Shown: positions 36,539-49,949 of the stretch, piece by piece
Layout of the letters: every line of letters begins with the position of its first letter
Position numbering within the stretch: position 1 is the first letter of the stretch
NCBI GenBank assembly: GCA_018398765.1
Contig: JAHBMJ010000350.1
Coordinates: 1-49,949 of the forward strand
DNA length: 49,949 bases
Source of the DNA: Chromera velia
Lineage: Eukaryota
Direction: 5' to 3'
The notes under the pieces: generated by a model
What the model was told of the DNA's origin: nothing
The model's database searches: none
The model's input: only the letters and a program-made list of their open reading frames with translations
Program-made: the position numbers and the translations under genes

Positions 36539-38227
36539 CTGTAATGTTGCTGTAAGGGTTGATGGGGGGGATAAGTGCTTGTCAGAGGGAGCGGGTGTGA
36601 AGCAGGGTGATCCTCTTTCTTCTCTTCTTTTTCTCCTGTTTATAAACAATTTACATAAAGCCCTCAGCTCTGAGAACCAACAGCCGAGTGGTAATGAAGG
36701 AAAGAGCACTTTGAAACCTGTCAAGCTCTCCACAACTCTAATAGAGAGTATTAGTTATGCTGATGACCTTGTGTTGTTTGCCCACAGCGCTACAGACCTG
36801 CAAGAGAGACTCCGGCGCCTCGAGGTATACTGCAATGAACACGGACTCACGGTAAACTTGAAGAAAACAAAGATCCTTCGTCTATCTTCTCCTGATCCTC
36901 TCATTGATCCCGCTTCCGCTTTTGTTTTTAATAGAAGGCCGGTTGAGCATGTTGATAAATACAAATACCTCGGCAACTGGATTTTTGAGGGGGGGGATCT
37001 ATCTAAAACTGTGAAAGCAAGAATTGAATCCGATTCGGCAGAAAGGGCACTGGGGAATGTGTTTGGAACTCTTTCTTCAATTGGTTTCATTTCTTCTTTT
37101 TCTCGAATTCAACTGTTCAAAGCTCTTTGGGTGCCCATTACAATATTTGGTCTTGAAGCCCTTCCTCTTAGGCAGTCAGATGTTCAATGCCTCGATGCAT
37201 TACAACTTCGTTTTGTTTGCTGGTCATTTGGTTTGTTTCATACCTCTTTTGTTTCGCCCTCTCTTCATTCCTTTGGTTTGGAACCCTTTAGCTATCTGCT
37301 TGCGAAACAGGTAGCCAGCTTCTTTCAGTCTCTCAAATCTATAGCGTGCGCCTTGCCCACGGCTGTATGGGAGGCGTGCATCACTGGTTCTAGTGCTCCT
37401 TTTGTGTCCTCCACCAAACGTCTGGCTATGCCCTTTAACAATTCTCTCCTTGAAGACACGAATGAGCCACGCCAAGAAAAACCAAAAAAGAAGGGGAAAT
37501 ATAAAAGGAAAGAGACGTGTTGCAAGATCCAGACGAACCAATAGCTTGGAGAATGGGCTAGAAGGCAGAAAGGTAGCAGGAATAGAGACAGAATCTTCTA
37601 TCCCCGTGCTGTTTTCACTGATTTCCAAAGAGAGAACCCTTCTAGACAGAGGTTCTCTATGCTCCTCCTAGCAGAAAGGAAATGGCAGTCACGTCCGTCA
37701 GACACAGGAAACGCTGTCCTCTTGTCTTCTTAAATCCTCTACGAACATCCGCCTTCTCCTGAGAGCGATGACGGGTGGTTATGTGCAGCGGGGAGAGCTA
37801 GAGAAGACCTGCTCGGCTTGCTCTGGCAGAGAAGTTTGTGATGAGATCCACTTGCTCACAGAATATGTGGACACAGAGAGGGAAAGACAGAAGCTTAACG
37901 AAATCATCAGCAGAATAAAGGAGCGCACGCCCATTGAGAAACGGGTGGAAATTGCGCAATGGGTGGCTGCCTCTGCTAGTAGAGGAGTGGGGGAGAATGA
38001 AAAGAAAGTCCGAGAGATGATCGCTCTTATTTCGTCGTTCCAGCCTCTGGTGGGCATGAGGGCGGTTGAGGAGTGTATAGCCAAATTAGAGAGAGTTCTT
38101 GTTGACATGTGTTAATGGATCAATACGCTAGGTCAACAAACCAACATTGCATATCATGCCCCGTGGTTGGCCAGAGCCTAAGTAGTGGCTCACCAGCTTT
38201 AACCGCCTCAATTCGATTCAATTCAAT
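36539..38227 (+). mobile_element. 5'-truncated, frameshifted non-LTR retrotransposon (LINE): C-terminal half of the reverse transcriptase, C-terminal zinc-knuckle region and 3' tail
   Basis: ORF 36579-37544 has RT motifs GVKQGDPLSSLLFLLFIN, YADD (36756-36767), GLTVNLKKTK and YKYLG. The frame is disrupted near 37490. ORF 37768-38115 has a degenerate CCHC motif (CSAC…DEIHLLTEY). The element ends in an (ATTCA)n-like tail at ~38209-38230. Confidence 0.9.
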
Positions 38228-38252
38228 TCATATTCTGCAATGTTCATAATAT

Positions 38253-38297
<45 letters not shown>

Positions 38298-38602
38298 CAC
38301 GTCACAATGACTGCCCGCATATACTCATGTACATGTGATCCGGGACGCCCGGCGCCGGCTCTAAGTGTTAGGCTCTCTATAGTACTAGGGCCCTAGGCTC
38401 TTAATTTGTCTAATAATTTGTATTGGTAACTTTATTATCGATGCTAAAATTGGGAACAAATATCTAAAATGTTATTGATATATGTCTAAGTGACACTGTC
38501 ATTGACCTTTGCCCAATGCCCATATAACTTTAGTGATGGGGCAGTGACTTAAAGTTTGTTCCTAGCGTCTGGCCTATGTGTCTTTCGTCTCTTCCTTCTG
38601 TC
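38228..38602. repeat. Right copy of the direct repeat, continuous with the 3' side of the RLE-type element
   Basis: Aligns with 36185-36538. It differs by a longer (TA)n run, a 7-bp insertion near 38348 and scattered substitutions. Confidence 0.93.
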
Positions 38603-38689
38603 TTGGTTACTGCTCTCACTGCTAGCTCTCTCTCTCATACTTGACGCTTCTGTGTTCGAATGCCTTCTTCGGCATTTGCTAAGTACTTC

Positions 38690-39210
<521 letters not shown>

Positions 39211-41406
39211 TTGATATAACTTTAGTAGTACTTTACACACGAACTCAACCTTTTTATACTTTTTCCAAATTTCACTTTGCAATTCAGTCAAATACCGCTA
39301 GAAACACCGCTACGTCTAATAATACGTCAATTCTTTTTACCTCGCTTTCATTTTTAGAGCTAGCCTCTAGGCTAGCCTCATACTATGCAAATGTTTATAG
39401 CTTTAAATTAATGTTTGATTCAGAAGTTTTACTATCTATAATCTTGTTTTGATTAATAACTTAGTTAATAACAAATTAACAATAAAAACTTTGTTTTGCA
39501 TGGGTTATAACACCATTAAATAATGTTAAATTAACAACCATTGATTGCAGTAGATCTTAGACCAGATCATGGAGACCCGAGAACAGCAAAAGTTGCAAAA
39601 CTTTTCTTCCAGACTTTATTTCTTAGCTTGTACGAAAGAACTCGTCCTGCTCAAAGTGCACATATATGTGTACATGCCTGCTCAATCTGGATCGGATTCT
39701 GCCTCCCGAAGGAACTGAGCGAACGCACCGCCTGAGTGCGCGACTAGGCACGCGACGACTCTACGGTCTCCACTGCCGCGACCCCACGAAAGGAGTAAGG
39801 AATGAGAAAGTACGAGTTTGCAAGCCAGCAACTGATCGAGCCAGCAGCAGACAGGGAAAACGCATCCAGAATTTTAATGAATGGATCCGTCAAATCAACC
39901 TCCCCTGACCTCACGCAAGCAAGCATGCAGTGAGCCTGACCGAGCTCGCTCTGACGGCTGCCTACGAAGGCCCCCAGTATCAATCAGCACATGCATGCAC
40001 TTTCTTTTGGGCTCATGCATGCAAAACGGGGGGGGGGAACAGCGGACAAATTGCACATACAGTGTGTACAAGAGACAGCGACTGCGCCTTTTTGCGAGAA
40101 GAGTTCAAAAACGTCGAGCGAAGGGTGTAGGAGAAGGAAGGAGAGAGAGGGTAACGACCGACGGGAAAGGAAAAAAAGGCCCTGCACACGACGCCAGCAC
40201 AGCATCAACTCACCTTTCTCTTCTTTGCAGCTTTTCTCTCTGTCTGTCTCTGTGTGCAGATGTTGTATGCGTACATGCAGTTCCGAATTTCGACTCATGA
40301 TATGAAATTGAATTTGATTCGATTTCAAAATGATTCGAACGATCGATAGACAACGATTCCTTCATAGAATCAGAAAGAGACGAATAGAGGAGCAAAGAAA
40401 GAAAAGGGAATAAGGAAGAATGAAACGAGGGAAACTAACTGACCATCTCATCTGATTCGATTCTGATTCTCGATCATCGGCTCATAAGGAAGGAAGACGA
40501 ATCAATCCCCCATTCGTTCACCCATCCATCCATCCATCCATCCATTCAGTCATTCATTCATCGACTCATGCACTCACTCTCAGAGAGAGAACGAGAGAAA
40601 GACAAACACAGACACGCACGCAAAAGCGGGAGGGAGCCGAGCGTCCATAATTATGGGTCGGTCAGTCAACAGAGCGAAGAGGAAGGAAGAAGGTTCCGAT
40701 CGCTCATGTGTGCTGAAATCGTACATTGTTCTTTTTGGCGGTCTTTTCGTTCATCGATCTACAGTTGCTCTCCAGGTCGCTTCTGTGTGGAAATCTATCC
40801 ATAGATTCATTTTGAGGCGGCACTTCCTTCTGTCTGTCTGTCTCTCTGTTGGGAATTGGTCATTTTTGGAGAGAGAGATGGAGGGAGATGCTCACGCTTT
40901 CATTGAGTCACTTATTGATCCATGGAAAAACAGAAGGGAAGTCTCCTGAGACCTCGAGAAAGGAGTAGGTGGAAATGGCCTGAAGAAAAAAGAAAAACAC
41001 AGCTAGGCAGACGCCAGTCAACCCATGCAGCAACGGACTCGTCCTGAGACAATTGAGGCAAAGAGCCCCCCCCTCCATCAGCCACCCATCGAGCTCCTCT
41101 TCCCTGCCTCCCCTCTCCTTCCTTCCTTCCTTCCTTTCTTTCTTTCTTTCTTTCTTTCTTTCTCACTTCCTTCCTTCGTTCGTTTTGACCTGCCCTCCTA
41201 CACCTCTTTCTTTCTGTTTGTTTGTCTTCCTTGCGTCTGTCTTTTCTTCCCCTTTCTCTCTATTATATTAGTATTAAGAAATGGTATTAACACAACGAGA
41301 AGACAACACAAGACCTGCTTCGTCCGGCCACGCGCCTCTCTGCTCTCTCTCTGTCCGGCTGCCCGGGCTCAAGTTGGAGGAGCGCAGAGGAATTGAGCCA
41401 AAAAGG

Positions 41407-41438
<32 letters not shown>

Positions 41439-41571
41439 CTGAAGTCAATACAAGAGAGGAGAAGGGAAGCGAAGGAAAGGGAAGACATTAAGAAATTGAG
41501 GAAGGATCAAAGCGGGCCCCTTCAGTGCTTGCATGTGTGTCACGGAAGCCCTCCCTTCCGTTTCTGTTGTC

Positions 41572-41577
<6 letters not shown>

Positions 41578-41620
<43 letters not shown>

Positions 41621-41700
41621 TGTGTGTGCGGGTGTGTGTGTGCGGGTGTGTGTGTGCGTGTGTGTGTGTGTGTGTGTCTGTGTGTCTGTGTGTGTGTGTG

Positions 41701-41733
<33 letters not shown>

Positions 41734-41748
41734 CTGTGTGTGTGTGTG

Positions 41749-41779
<31 letters not shown>

Positions 41780-41812
41780 ATGCGTGTGTGTGTGTATGCG
41801 TGTGTGTGTGTA

Positions 41813-41842
<30 letters not shown>
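41578..41842. repeat. Long (CT)n/(TG)n microsatellite
   Basis: Directly visible, downstream of the histidine kinase stop codon. Confidence 0.95.
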
Positions 41843-41843
<1 letters not shown>

Positions 41844-42975
41844 ATCGATATGATCGGATACTGAAGAGAAGAAGGGAGGGGAAACAAGACGAAAAAAAAG
41901 ACGAAGGAGAGAAAGAGGTCTTAAGAAGAAAAACAGACAGACATTAAGACGGCAATGGGGGGGCAGAAAGAAAAAGTGGGAGAAGAAGAAGAAGAAGAAG
42001 AAGAAACCCTTTTTTATCTGCCTCCCTCCTTCTGCCAGTCAGTCGATCAGACTTCGAATTTCCTTCCTGAAAGGAAGACAGACAGACAGACAGAAGAACC
42101 TGCCTTGCCTGCCCCCCGTCCAACAACAAAAAACGAACAAGGAAGGAAGCGAGAACGAAGAGAAGAAAACAGTGTAGCCAATCCTCTCTCGCGCCTCTCT
42201 CTCTAGAGGCTCGCTAGAGTGTCTAATCTATTCTCTTCGCTTTCTCCCCCTCACTCTTTCGTGTCCTAAAATCTCCCCCCTGCTCTCTGCACCCTCCCCC
42301 AATCTTCCCCCAGCTCCAGCCATGGATTGCCCGTCCATTTTTCTCTCTCCCTCTCTGTGCCTTCCTGCCTGGACGAATGAACAGACTCTTCCCAAAGGCC
42401 GACGCCTAAATTAGTACTCAGCTGATCTGACTGTCAAGTCTGCAAAATGACCAATTGCTGCTTTTCTTGTGCGTTTTTCTCATTGCACACACAGATGTGC
42501 CAAAAAAGAAATAGTGGGAGGGACTATGGATGGACGTCAATAAATATTTGCAAGGGTCCGGTCGGGTCGAGAAGGGAAATCGGAGGGAAGAGATGGGAAG
42601 GAAAGAGGAAGGATCAGCCCCCTCCTTTCCCAATTTTTTGCGGTTCTGTGCAGAAAGGAGACCTACCTGCACAGAGAGGACAGAGAGACTTGCACTTCCC
42701 TTTGTGTGTCCTCAGTTCCTTCCATGATGAGAGCAGTCAGTCAGAGTCGATCCTTCTCGAGTCTCTCTTCCTTCCTTCCGTTGGGGGGATCGGCCACCCA
42801 CTTCTGTCTTTCTTTCTTTCCTCCCTTTCTTTCTTTGTTTCTTTCTTTCTGTTTCCCCTCACCCTCTTGGCTGACTAGCCGCAAACCCATTTTATCTCTC
42901 TTACTTGAGTTCCTTCCAGTTTGCACCTTCTGTTCTTTCCTGTACTTCCTTTCATTCACCACCACGAGAGGACAA

Positions 42976-45900
42976 CTAGTTAGGGCATGCAGGGGAGAGA
43001 GCCCTCACTTCAGTCAGGAGACCTTCCAGCACCCCCATCCCTACGGGCTTCTGCCGAAAGAAATCCATGCCTGATCCAAGGCACTCACCCACAATCTCTG
43101 GAGACCCATCCCCAGAGAGGCCCACAACAACCGGAAAGGGCGATGCAAGGCCCCGAGCTCGTACTGCTCGTGCGCACTCGCACCCGCCCATCCCGCGGGG
43201 CATGTGTTGGTCCAAAAGGACCAGGTCGAACCGCGCCCCTCTGTCCAACAACGACAGGAAAACTTCACCACTTTTGGCTTCACATGCAGTCACTCCAAAT
43301 TTCTCCTGGAGTAGCATCACTAGAATTTCTCTGCTCATAGCGTCATCATCCACCACACACACACGAAACCCCGGACGTACCACCTGCCCCCGACTCTGAT
43401 CACCTCTCAACCTTGTCACCGACACCTCAGCTGAGGGGCCTTTCTGATGACCCTCCCTCATTAATTCAAGCACCTCTTCCCCCCTCTCCTTCGTTTCCGC
43501 AGCAGGCCCTTCAGACGGCTGCGAGGGACATGTCAAGGGTTCTCTTGCATGTTTTGCTCCCTCTGCGAGACGGCTGACGGTCCAAGGCGGGAACACCACT
43601 CGACGAGGACCCACTTCTGTCAGAATAGAGTCCGGCAATCCGCCCTGCCCCCCAGCAAGAGACAGACAGATGCAGCCCCCCCCTGCCTCCAACACGCATC
43701 TGACAGTCTCAACCAGAATGCGAAAATGACACACGCCCCCCGTGTCCCCTTCCCCCCCACCCCCCTGCACACATGGGGATGCAGAGGGTGTCTCCACTGC
43801 ACCCTCAGCCTCGGTCTCGGGAGGGGAAAATAAGGACAACGGAATGCCATCCAGCTCGGCCAGACGGGAGGAGAGGACGACCAGAGTCCCCTCTAAAGGT
43901 AAAGGGAGACGACCGGATGGTTTTCCAGTCTCTCCAGTCTTCCTCCTCCTCCTCCTACCCCTTTCCCCGTTTGCCTGTGCCTCTGCCTGTGCCCCCCAGG
44001 AGGGCTGACGAGGGTCCCTGTCTCCGTCTCTATCGATCCCCTTCCCCTCCCCCCTCTCATCCTTCAACTGTTGAGGCATCATCTCCTTCGACCGACGGGA
44101 CTCCGACGGCCCCCCATCGGAAGAGGAAGAGGAGGAAGAGGGGGGAGAGTGCCCATCAGGGTGCGAGGGGGGATACTCTTCTCGATTGCGTCCGCCAACT
44201 TTTCCTTCTTCAGCTGAGCCGCTCTTTCTTTTCGCTTCTTTGTTGCTGCTGCTGCTGCTCGAACCACTTGCCTCCCTTCCATCCCCCCCATCTACCCCTT
44301 GTCCTCTGTCCTCCTTCCAATTTCCCCCTATGCAAAATGGAGGTGCCTCAACGGGGGGAACGGGGGGCCTTTTTTCGGGAACGGGAGAAGATGAGGAAGG
44401 AAACAATTCCATTCTGCCTTCTGGAACTGCGATTCTCTCTTTCTGCGCCCTCCAACCTCCCTCATGTTTTCCTTCCCCCCCTTCTCCTTCTTCCGTCAGT
44501 GTGCGCCCCTGATGCCTTCCCACACGAGACGAGCGCCCCTGACACTTCCCCAACAAAGTGGGAAGGTCAGTCCAGGAGACGGTGGTCGGAGCTGCCATCA
44601 GAGACACAAAGTGATTCACTCTGGACTCTTCCATGGCCTCCATCTCCAGGCTCCTGCTGCTGAACGGCAACAACCCACTGCATTCCCCCAAACCCGGCGG
44701 GCCTTCTCCTTCATCCGAAGAACTACTCACAGAGACACCCCCGCCCCCGCCCCCGCCCGACCCTCTCTGTTCAAGAACCGCCCCCCTCCCCCTCGCACTA
44801 CTCACTCCAATCACATGCCGCACAGAGGGCAACAGAAGGCAGGCGGCAGGAGAGGGAGAAATAGAGAGCCCGCAGGCATAATCCGAAAGCCCACCGCGAC
44901 TCGGTGAGACGTTCGCACGGAGCGGTTCTGAGTGGCCACTGCAGGGCATTGAGTGGATGAGAACGCGGGTGCCTCTGGGGGTGAGAGCCTTGATGGAGAG
45001 ACGGCCCCCCAAGGCCTTCACTATACGATTGGTGATGCAAAAGCCGAGGCCAACCTTTTCAGGGTCAGTCTCGGACATGCCGGGGCCACTGTCATCGACT
45101 GCAAAGGTGAGCATGAAGGAGACGGCCTGAGAGGGAGAAGACGAATTTACTGATTGGGATAGAAAATCAGTCCCCCCCCGACCTCCTGCCCCTCCTCCTC
45201 CCCCTTGTCCCCTGATTGCCTTCTTTTCCTTTTCCTTTTCCTGTGAGGAGAGGGTCTGCGTGGGGGGCATGGAACATGGGAGGGGAAGTGTGTGCAGTGC
45301 CTTGTTGTTCGGCGGACTTTTCTGTGCGATGCGTGCAGACAGTCGGTGGGTCGGAGAGGACGCAGTATGCATGTCTGATTCTGCATTATTCTGCTGTAAC
45401 CATTCCCCCCGCACCTTTTTTTCTACGCACTCTCCCCCCTCGTGTATCTGTGCTCCTCCAGCATTCTCTGAGCAGTCTTGGTCTCTTGCCTTGGGCAGCT
45501 GCTGCGTTTGAGGGGGGAAAGGAGATTTAAATCCTTCTCTCCTCTGTGTGAGATCGGAAGCTTGAAGGGGTTCTGGGGGGGGCTCGGGGGGGCAGTTCGG
45601 GTTCTGGCGGTAGAAGAAGCCTTCACCTGTGGCTTGCATCGAAAGTATCGAAAGGGGAAGTCTGTGCACGCTTCGGGGGGGCTGTTCTCTTTCTCTTTCT
45701 CGTCTCTCCCCGCTCCTTTTCTTTTTGCTCCTGCCCCATCCGCCCCTTCCCCCTGCGGAGAAACTAGAGACGAGGGAGGCAGAGGATGACGGCGAGAAGG
45801 AGGAGGAGTCAGTGGAACAGCGCAACACCACACCGCCCTCCGAGGTGAACTTAATCGCGTTGGAAAGGAGATTCGACAGCACCTGCATGCAGGCGGAGGG

Positions 45901-47106
45901 CCACTATCTTTGTTTGCTGTGCACGCACACAGACAGACACACAAATACTTCCGGTTGCCTCCAGTGCTCTTTCTTTTTCTTTTCTTTTCTGTGCTGTCTG
46001 CCCAGTTGGGGGCCGAGAGAGCCTCCGAGCCTCGGTTCCCCTATTCCGTGACTTGATGCCTTTTCTTTCTCAGAGGTAGCAGCTGCCTTCAAAGCTCATC
46101 CTTTTCTGATGCGATTGGCTGATTCTTTCTTTCTGTCTTTTCTCCGTTCCTTCTGTCCGTCTATCTGTCTACAACATTTCACACTGTTGCGTGCGTTGGC
46201 GCACGCAAGTAGACATCGAGACCACGGCTCCGGCCTCACAAAAGCTATACTAACTCACTCACCCACTCACTCACTCTACCTCTGGAAGGTGTAAAAGAGC
46301 GCTCAGAATCCATCGAGTGATATACACATGGAATGGTGTTCCCCGGGCACCCGCAGACAGGAAAGGCTAGAAAGAAAGACTCAAATAGAACTAGAAAAAC
46401 ACCACCCGCCGGAGCTGGATCCATCCACCATGGATGCATGCAGCTGACCCACCGACCGACCGACCGACAGACAGGCACACAGACAGACCTACCACCGACA
46501 GATTGACAGACAGACAGACCTGCTGGACAGCTGGCCAGTCTACGAAGACCACACTTGGGAGGTTGTAGTCGATGTCGACATCCACGAAGATGCCCTTCGG
46601 GTTTGCCAGAAAGGAGAAGCTCTCAGCGAGGGCCGTGAGGTCATCGCGGAGGTTCCTCGCCTGCTTCTTGCAGAAATCATGCAGCAGTGACTCTCTCATC
46701 TTATGCATATCTCAGATGCGAGATGCGTGAAGGAAGGAAGATTCAGGGGAGGGCATCCTCCTTCGAGGAAGGGAGGCAAAAAGCAAGGAGGGGAGGGGAG
46801 CGCAGAGACACAAACGCACACGAGCAGAAAGACAGAGGTGGGCAAACGGAGAGAGAGACGGAGCGACAGAGAAAGAAAGAAAGCCAGTGGAGCCGACATG
46901 CACCGCACTGACTCCAACGCACGCACACGTACCTACTGACTGACTGACCTGTGGAGGACACGCCTTGATGGAGTCCAGTTTGTAGGCGAAGGTCACGTTG
47001 CTCATCAGGTTCACCATCGAGTCGATCGACGTGTGCAGAGCCCGGTACGAGTACATCGCCCGGATCGTCGCCCCGTCCATCATCTGCGTTTTGTTTGGGA
47101 CACACA

Positions 47107-47145
<39 letters not shown>

Positions 47146-47703
47146 GCAGGGGAGAGGTAGGGGGAAAGGGGGAAAGGGAGGGAGAGAGAGGCCGACGAAA
47201 AGACAGAATCATTTTTCTTTTGACACACATTACCCAGAGGCAGACAAACTCCACGACTCTTGTTGCTTCCTGCTTTCCACTTTCTTGCAACCTCACAAAA
47301 AAAAATTAAAGGGAAAACGCGCAAGATAGGCAGGCAGATAGGCGAATAAACGAAAAAGGAGAAAGAGAGAGAGCGAGACAAACAGACAAACAGAGACACG
47401 AAATCCCATGCGGGCAGAGAGACAAACAGAAAGAAGCCCTCCCTCAATCCCTCCCTCTCTCACATCACTCCCCCCCCCCCATAAATTCCGACTGACGGAC
47501 GTCCAGTGCGAATCTCATCACATTCAGAGGCGCCCTCAGGTCGTGTGCGAGTGAGGAGAGAAACGTGTGGGAGTGCTGGGCCTGACGGATCTTCACCTGA
47601 CACACGGGACACACGGGATATAGGTATCAACATGCGGAAGCGGACAGATGCGTTTGTGCTTAGGTATCTATTTGACCACATGAGATGTCCAGATGTGCGT
47701 GTC

Positions 47704-47741
<38 letters not shown>

Positions 47742-49897
47742 ACGCACGCCCACCAGACGAGACAGGGTTATCTCCGTCGCTGTGAAAAATGAAGATAAAG
47801 AGAGACTGAGAGAGAGGCAGATCAAAAAGAAAGAGAGAGGGGGGGGGNNNNGGGGGGGGGGGGGAGAACTGCGTGAAAACTCAGTCTCTCTCTGTGTGCA
47901 TCCATCCATCCAAAACACTTTGTTCGCCCTGACCGACAGACAGGCCAACAAATTAGATCATCTCACTGACCGATTTCTCATAGTTCAAGAAAAGAACTCC
48001 GGAAAGAATCAGCAGAAGAATCAGACACGGAGGTGCAATGATGAACACGAGGAGAAGGTCTCGGTTGATCGCCTCATTCATCTTCTCGCCTGAAAGAAAG
48101 ACATGAAAGAAGAAATCATGTTCAGGTGGAGGAAGCAAGGAAGGAGTGGGAGGCAGAAAGAAAAGAGAATGGAAGGAAGTCTTTCTCCCTCCACCCTTTC
48201 CCTGGTCCTTTTTTTCTTCGTCCTGTTGCTTGTCTTTCTCAAATATCACAGAGACTCCCGATCCATCCATCCATCCATCCATCCAGCCAGCCAACTAGAC
48301 AGACCGACAGACTATATGTTTCTTCTTCTCCCTTCTTTTCTTCATGTACATCAGACAGACAGACAGACAGACAGACAGAGACAGAGATAGAGAGAGGCCG
48401 AGATGGGTGGGTGAGGAACTTCAGGCCGGCCGGCCGGCCGCTAGATTGATTTATTTGCCTTTCAAGCTCTCTCTGCCCATGCAGAGCCGCTCCCCCCTTC
48501 TCTCACCACCCCGCTCTTCTCCTCCGTTGAACTGTCATGGACGGCCGTGCACACACAATTCAGTGGTGACAGACCAGATATTGTGATGACCCCGATAACG
48601 AGAGCCGCATAGTTCCCATCCACGAGTCTGCATCTGGGAGAGAGGTTCTCTACAGCGTTGACGCTCTGCACTCGGCAGAAGTCAATGATAGTGAAGGCAG
48701 AAACACCTCCGTCTCGTCTGCGCAAAGTTGCTGTCTCTACACCCCCTTTCCGCTCATCTCCTTCTGCCTGTTCTTTCTTCTTGAGTTGTTCGACTGTCCC
48801 TCTGATCGCCTCGGCTTCTTCCGGGTGCTGCCGGTCAAAGGTCCGCTCTCTGGAGGCGTTCAGAGAATGACCGAACAGGTCAGACGGCCCGATGGAAGAC
48901 GACGAGCTGGCGAGAAAGTGGAGGCTCTCGGAGAGAATGTTGAAGTCTCCTGCCACCAGCACGCAAACAAACATGGATACGGGCAGAGAGTCAAAGATCC
49001 ACAGACACAAGAGATAAGCATTCATGCATACGTGAAAGAATGTATGAACACTTTCATGTTATGTTGATACCTGAAGAATGACGTGCATGGGTCCTTTGCA
49101 GGGGGGAAGGAAGTCTTGCTAACGGGCCTCGAATCACGTGTGTTGATTCATGCTCATAGAGAATTAAAGGAGAGACGTCCAGGGAAGAGAAGAAGGTAAC
49201 CTCAAAAATGCTGTCTGTCGACTACCTGGAGGAGCAGACCAAGAAGGAAGAACACGCCTCCGTCCCTCCCTCCCTCCGCATGCCATCCCACGCAACCAAA
49301 CGGGAGGCCTCAGTGGGAGGGAGCACTCACAGGCAGGTGTATGGCCGCGGATGATATGGGAGACTAAAAACCGAATTAAAGGAAAGTCATTCGATCATTC
49401 AGCTGTGGATCTGCGGATACAGCCACATACGCTCACACACTCGCCACAAGCAAAGCAAACGCGGGGCATGCAGCGTGAGTGTATGGAATGTGAGGGAGGG
49501 AAGAGAGGAGGAGGGCCCATCACTACGAATGCGAATACGGGAAGTCTGAACGAATGAATGAATGAATGACCCATGCAACGGAAAAACGCCAAGGCATGAG
49601 AAACTCGCAGAGGGTGAGGGGACAAGGAAGGAAGGAAGGAAGGCAGAGCGGATGCACAGGGAGGGGGGCGATTCTATTGTGTTTGTCCTCTTCAAAAGGA
49701 GAAAAAAAACAAGTACATACACACATACATACATACATACATACACACATACTTGCATGCAGAGGGACTCACCCCTGGCCCCTCCAAAAACGAGACCTAT
49801 GGAATCCATCGACATCAGGATCCGGTCCGCGTCGTAATTCACCACAACGAATCCATCTCGCGTTCCCCTGTACGGACAAAAACGCGGCGTCGCCACT
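42976..49897 (-). CDS. Membrane-bound hybrid sensor histidine kinase/response regulator (Cache-like sensor, TM, HisKA, HATPase, receiver); 5' end lies beyond the window
   Basis: Exons (minus): 49897-49773, 48949-48575, 48089-47971, 47596-47501, 47083-46949, 46699-46520, 45882-42976, all phase-consistent. TM helix LLLVFIIAPPCLILLLILSGVLFL. H-box FLSSLAHDLRAPLN (His codon 47545-47543). N-box DWPAVQQ|VLSNLLSNAIKFT. G1 VDDSGPGM, G2 GLGFCITNRIVKALGG. Receiver VCVVDDD…FDLVLLDQHMP…VVGLSG…QKP. Confidence 0.9.
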
Positions 49898-49949
49898 CTG
49901 CGGTCACGCGCAGTCGGGCGGACGGATGCAGGTGTGTGTGGGGGGGGGG

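Noticed and set aside
36185..38602. LTR retrotransposon, since direct repeats flank an RT
   Set aside because: The RT is LINE-type (QGDPLS/YADD), there are no TG…CA termini, PBS, integrase or RNase H, and the element has its own tandem-repeat tail.

Overview
Eukaryotic genomic DNA with many short GT-AG introns full of microsatellites. Composition and gene style suggest a chromerid alveolate such as Chromera; this is inference, not verified. Four spliced genes were assembled by hand with phase-consistent junctions. (1) A 16-exon RIC1 homologue, the Rab6/Ypt6 GEF subunit (minus, 21048-5238). (2) A small 3-exon, 87-aa twin-CX9C protein with an N-myristoylation motif (minus, 22435-21263), not shown intact by the ORF track and ending only 214 nt upstream of the RIC1 ATG. 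(3) A divergently transcribed CCCH zinc-finger protein (plus, 23234-29149). (4) The 3' part of a transmembrane hybrid sensor histidine kinase with a Cache-like sensor, TM helix, HisKA, split HATPase and receiver (minus, beyond 49897 to 42976). A retroelement nest at 36.2-39.2 kb holds a 5'-truncated LINE flanked by ~355-375 bp direct repeats; these repeats continue into a decayed CRE/R2-type (RLE) element on the opposite strand. The left end has an unassigned ORF, a ~68-bp satellite and an AT-rich tract. Most short ORFs in the track are microsatellite or antisense shadows.
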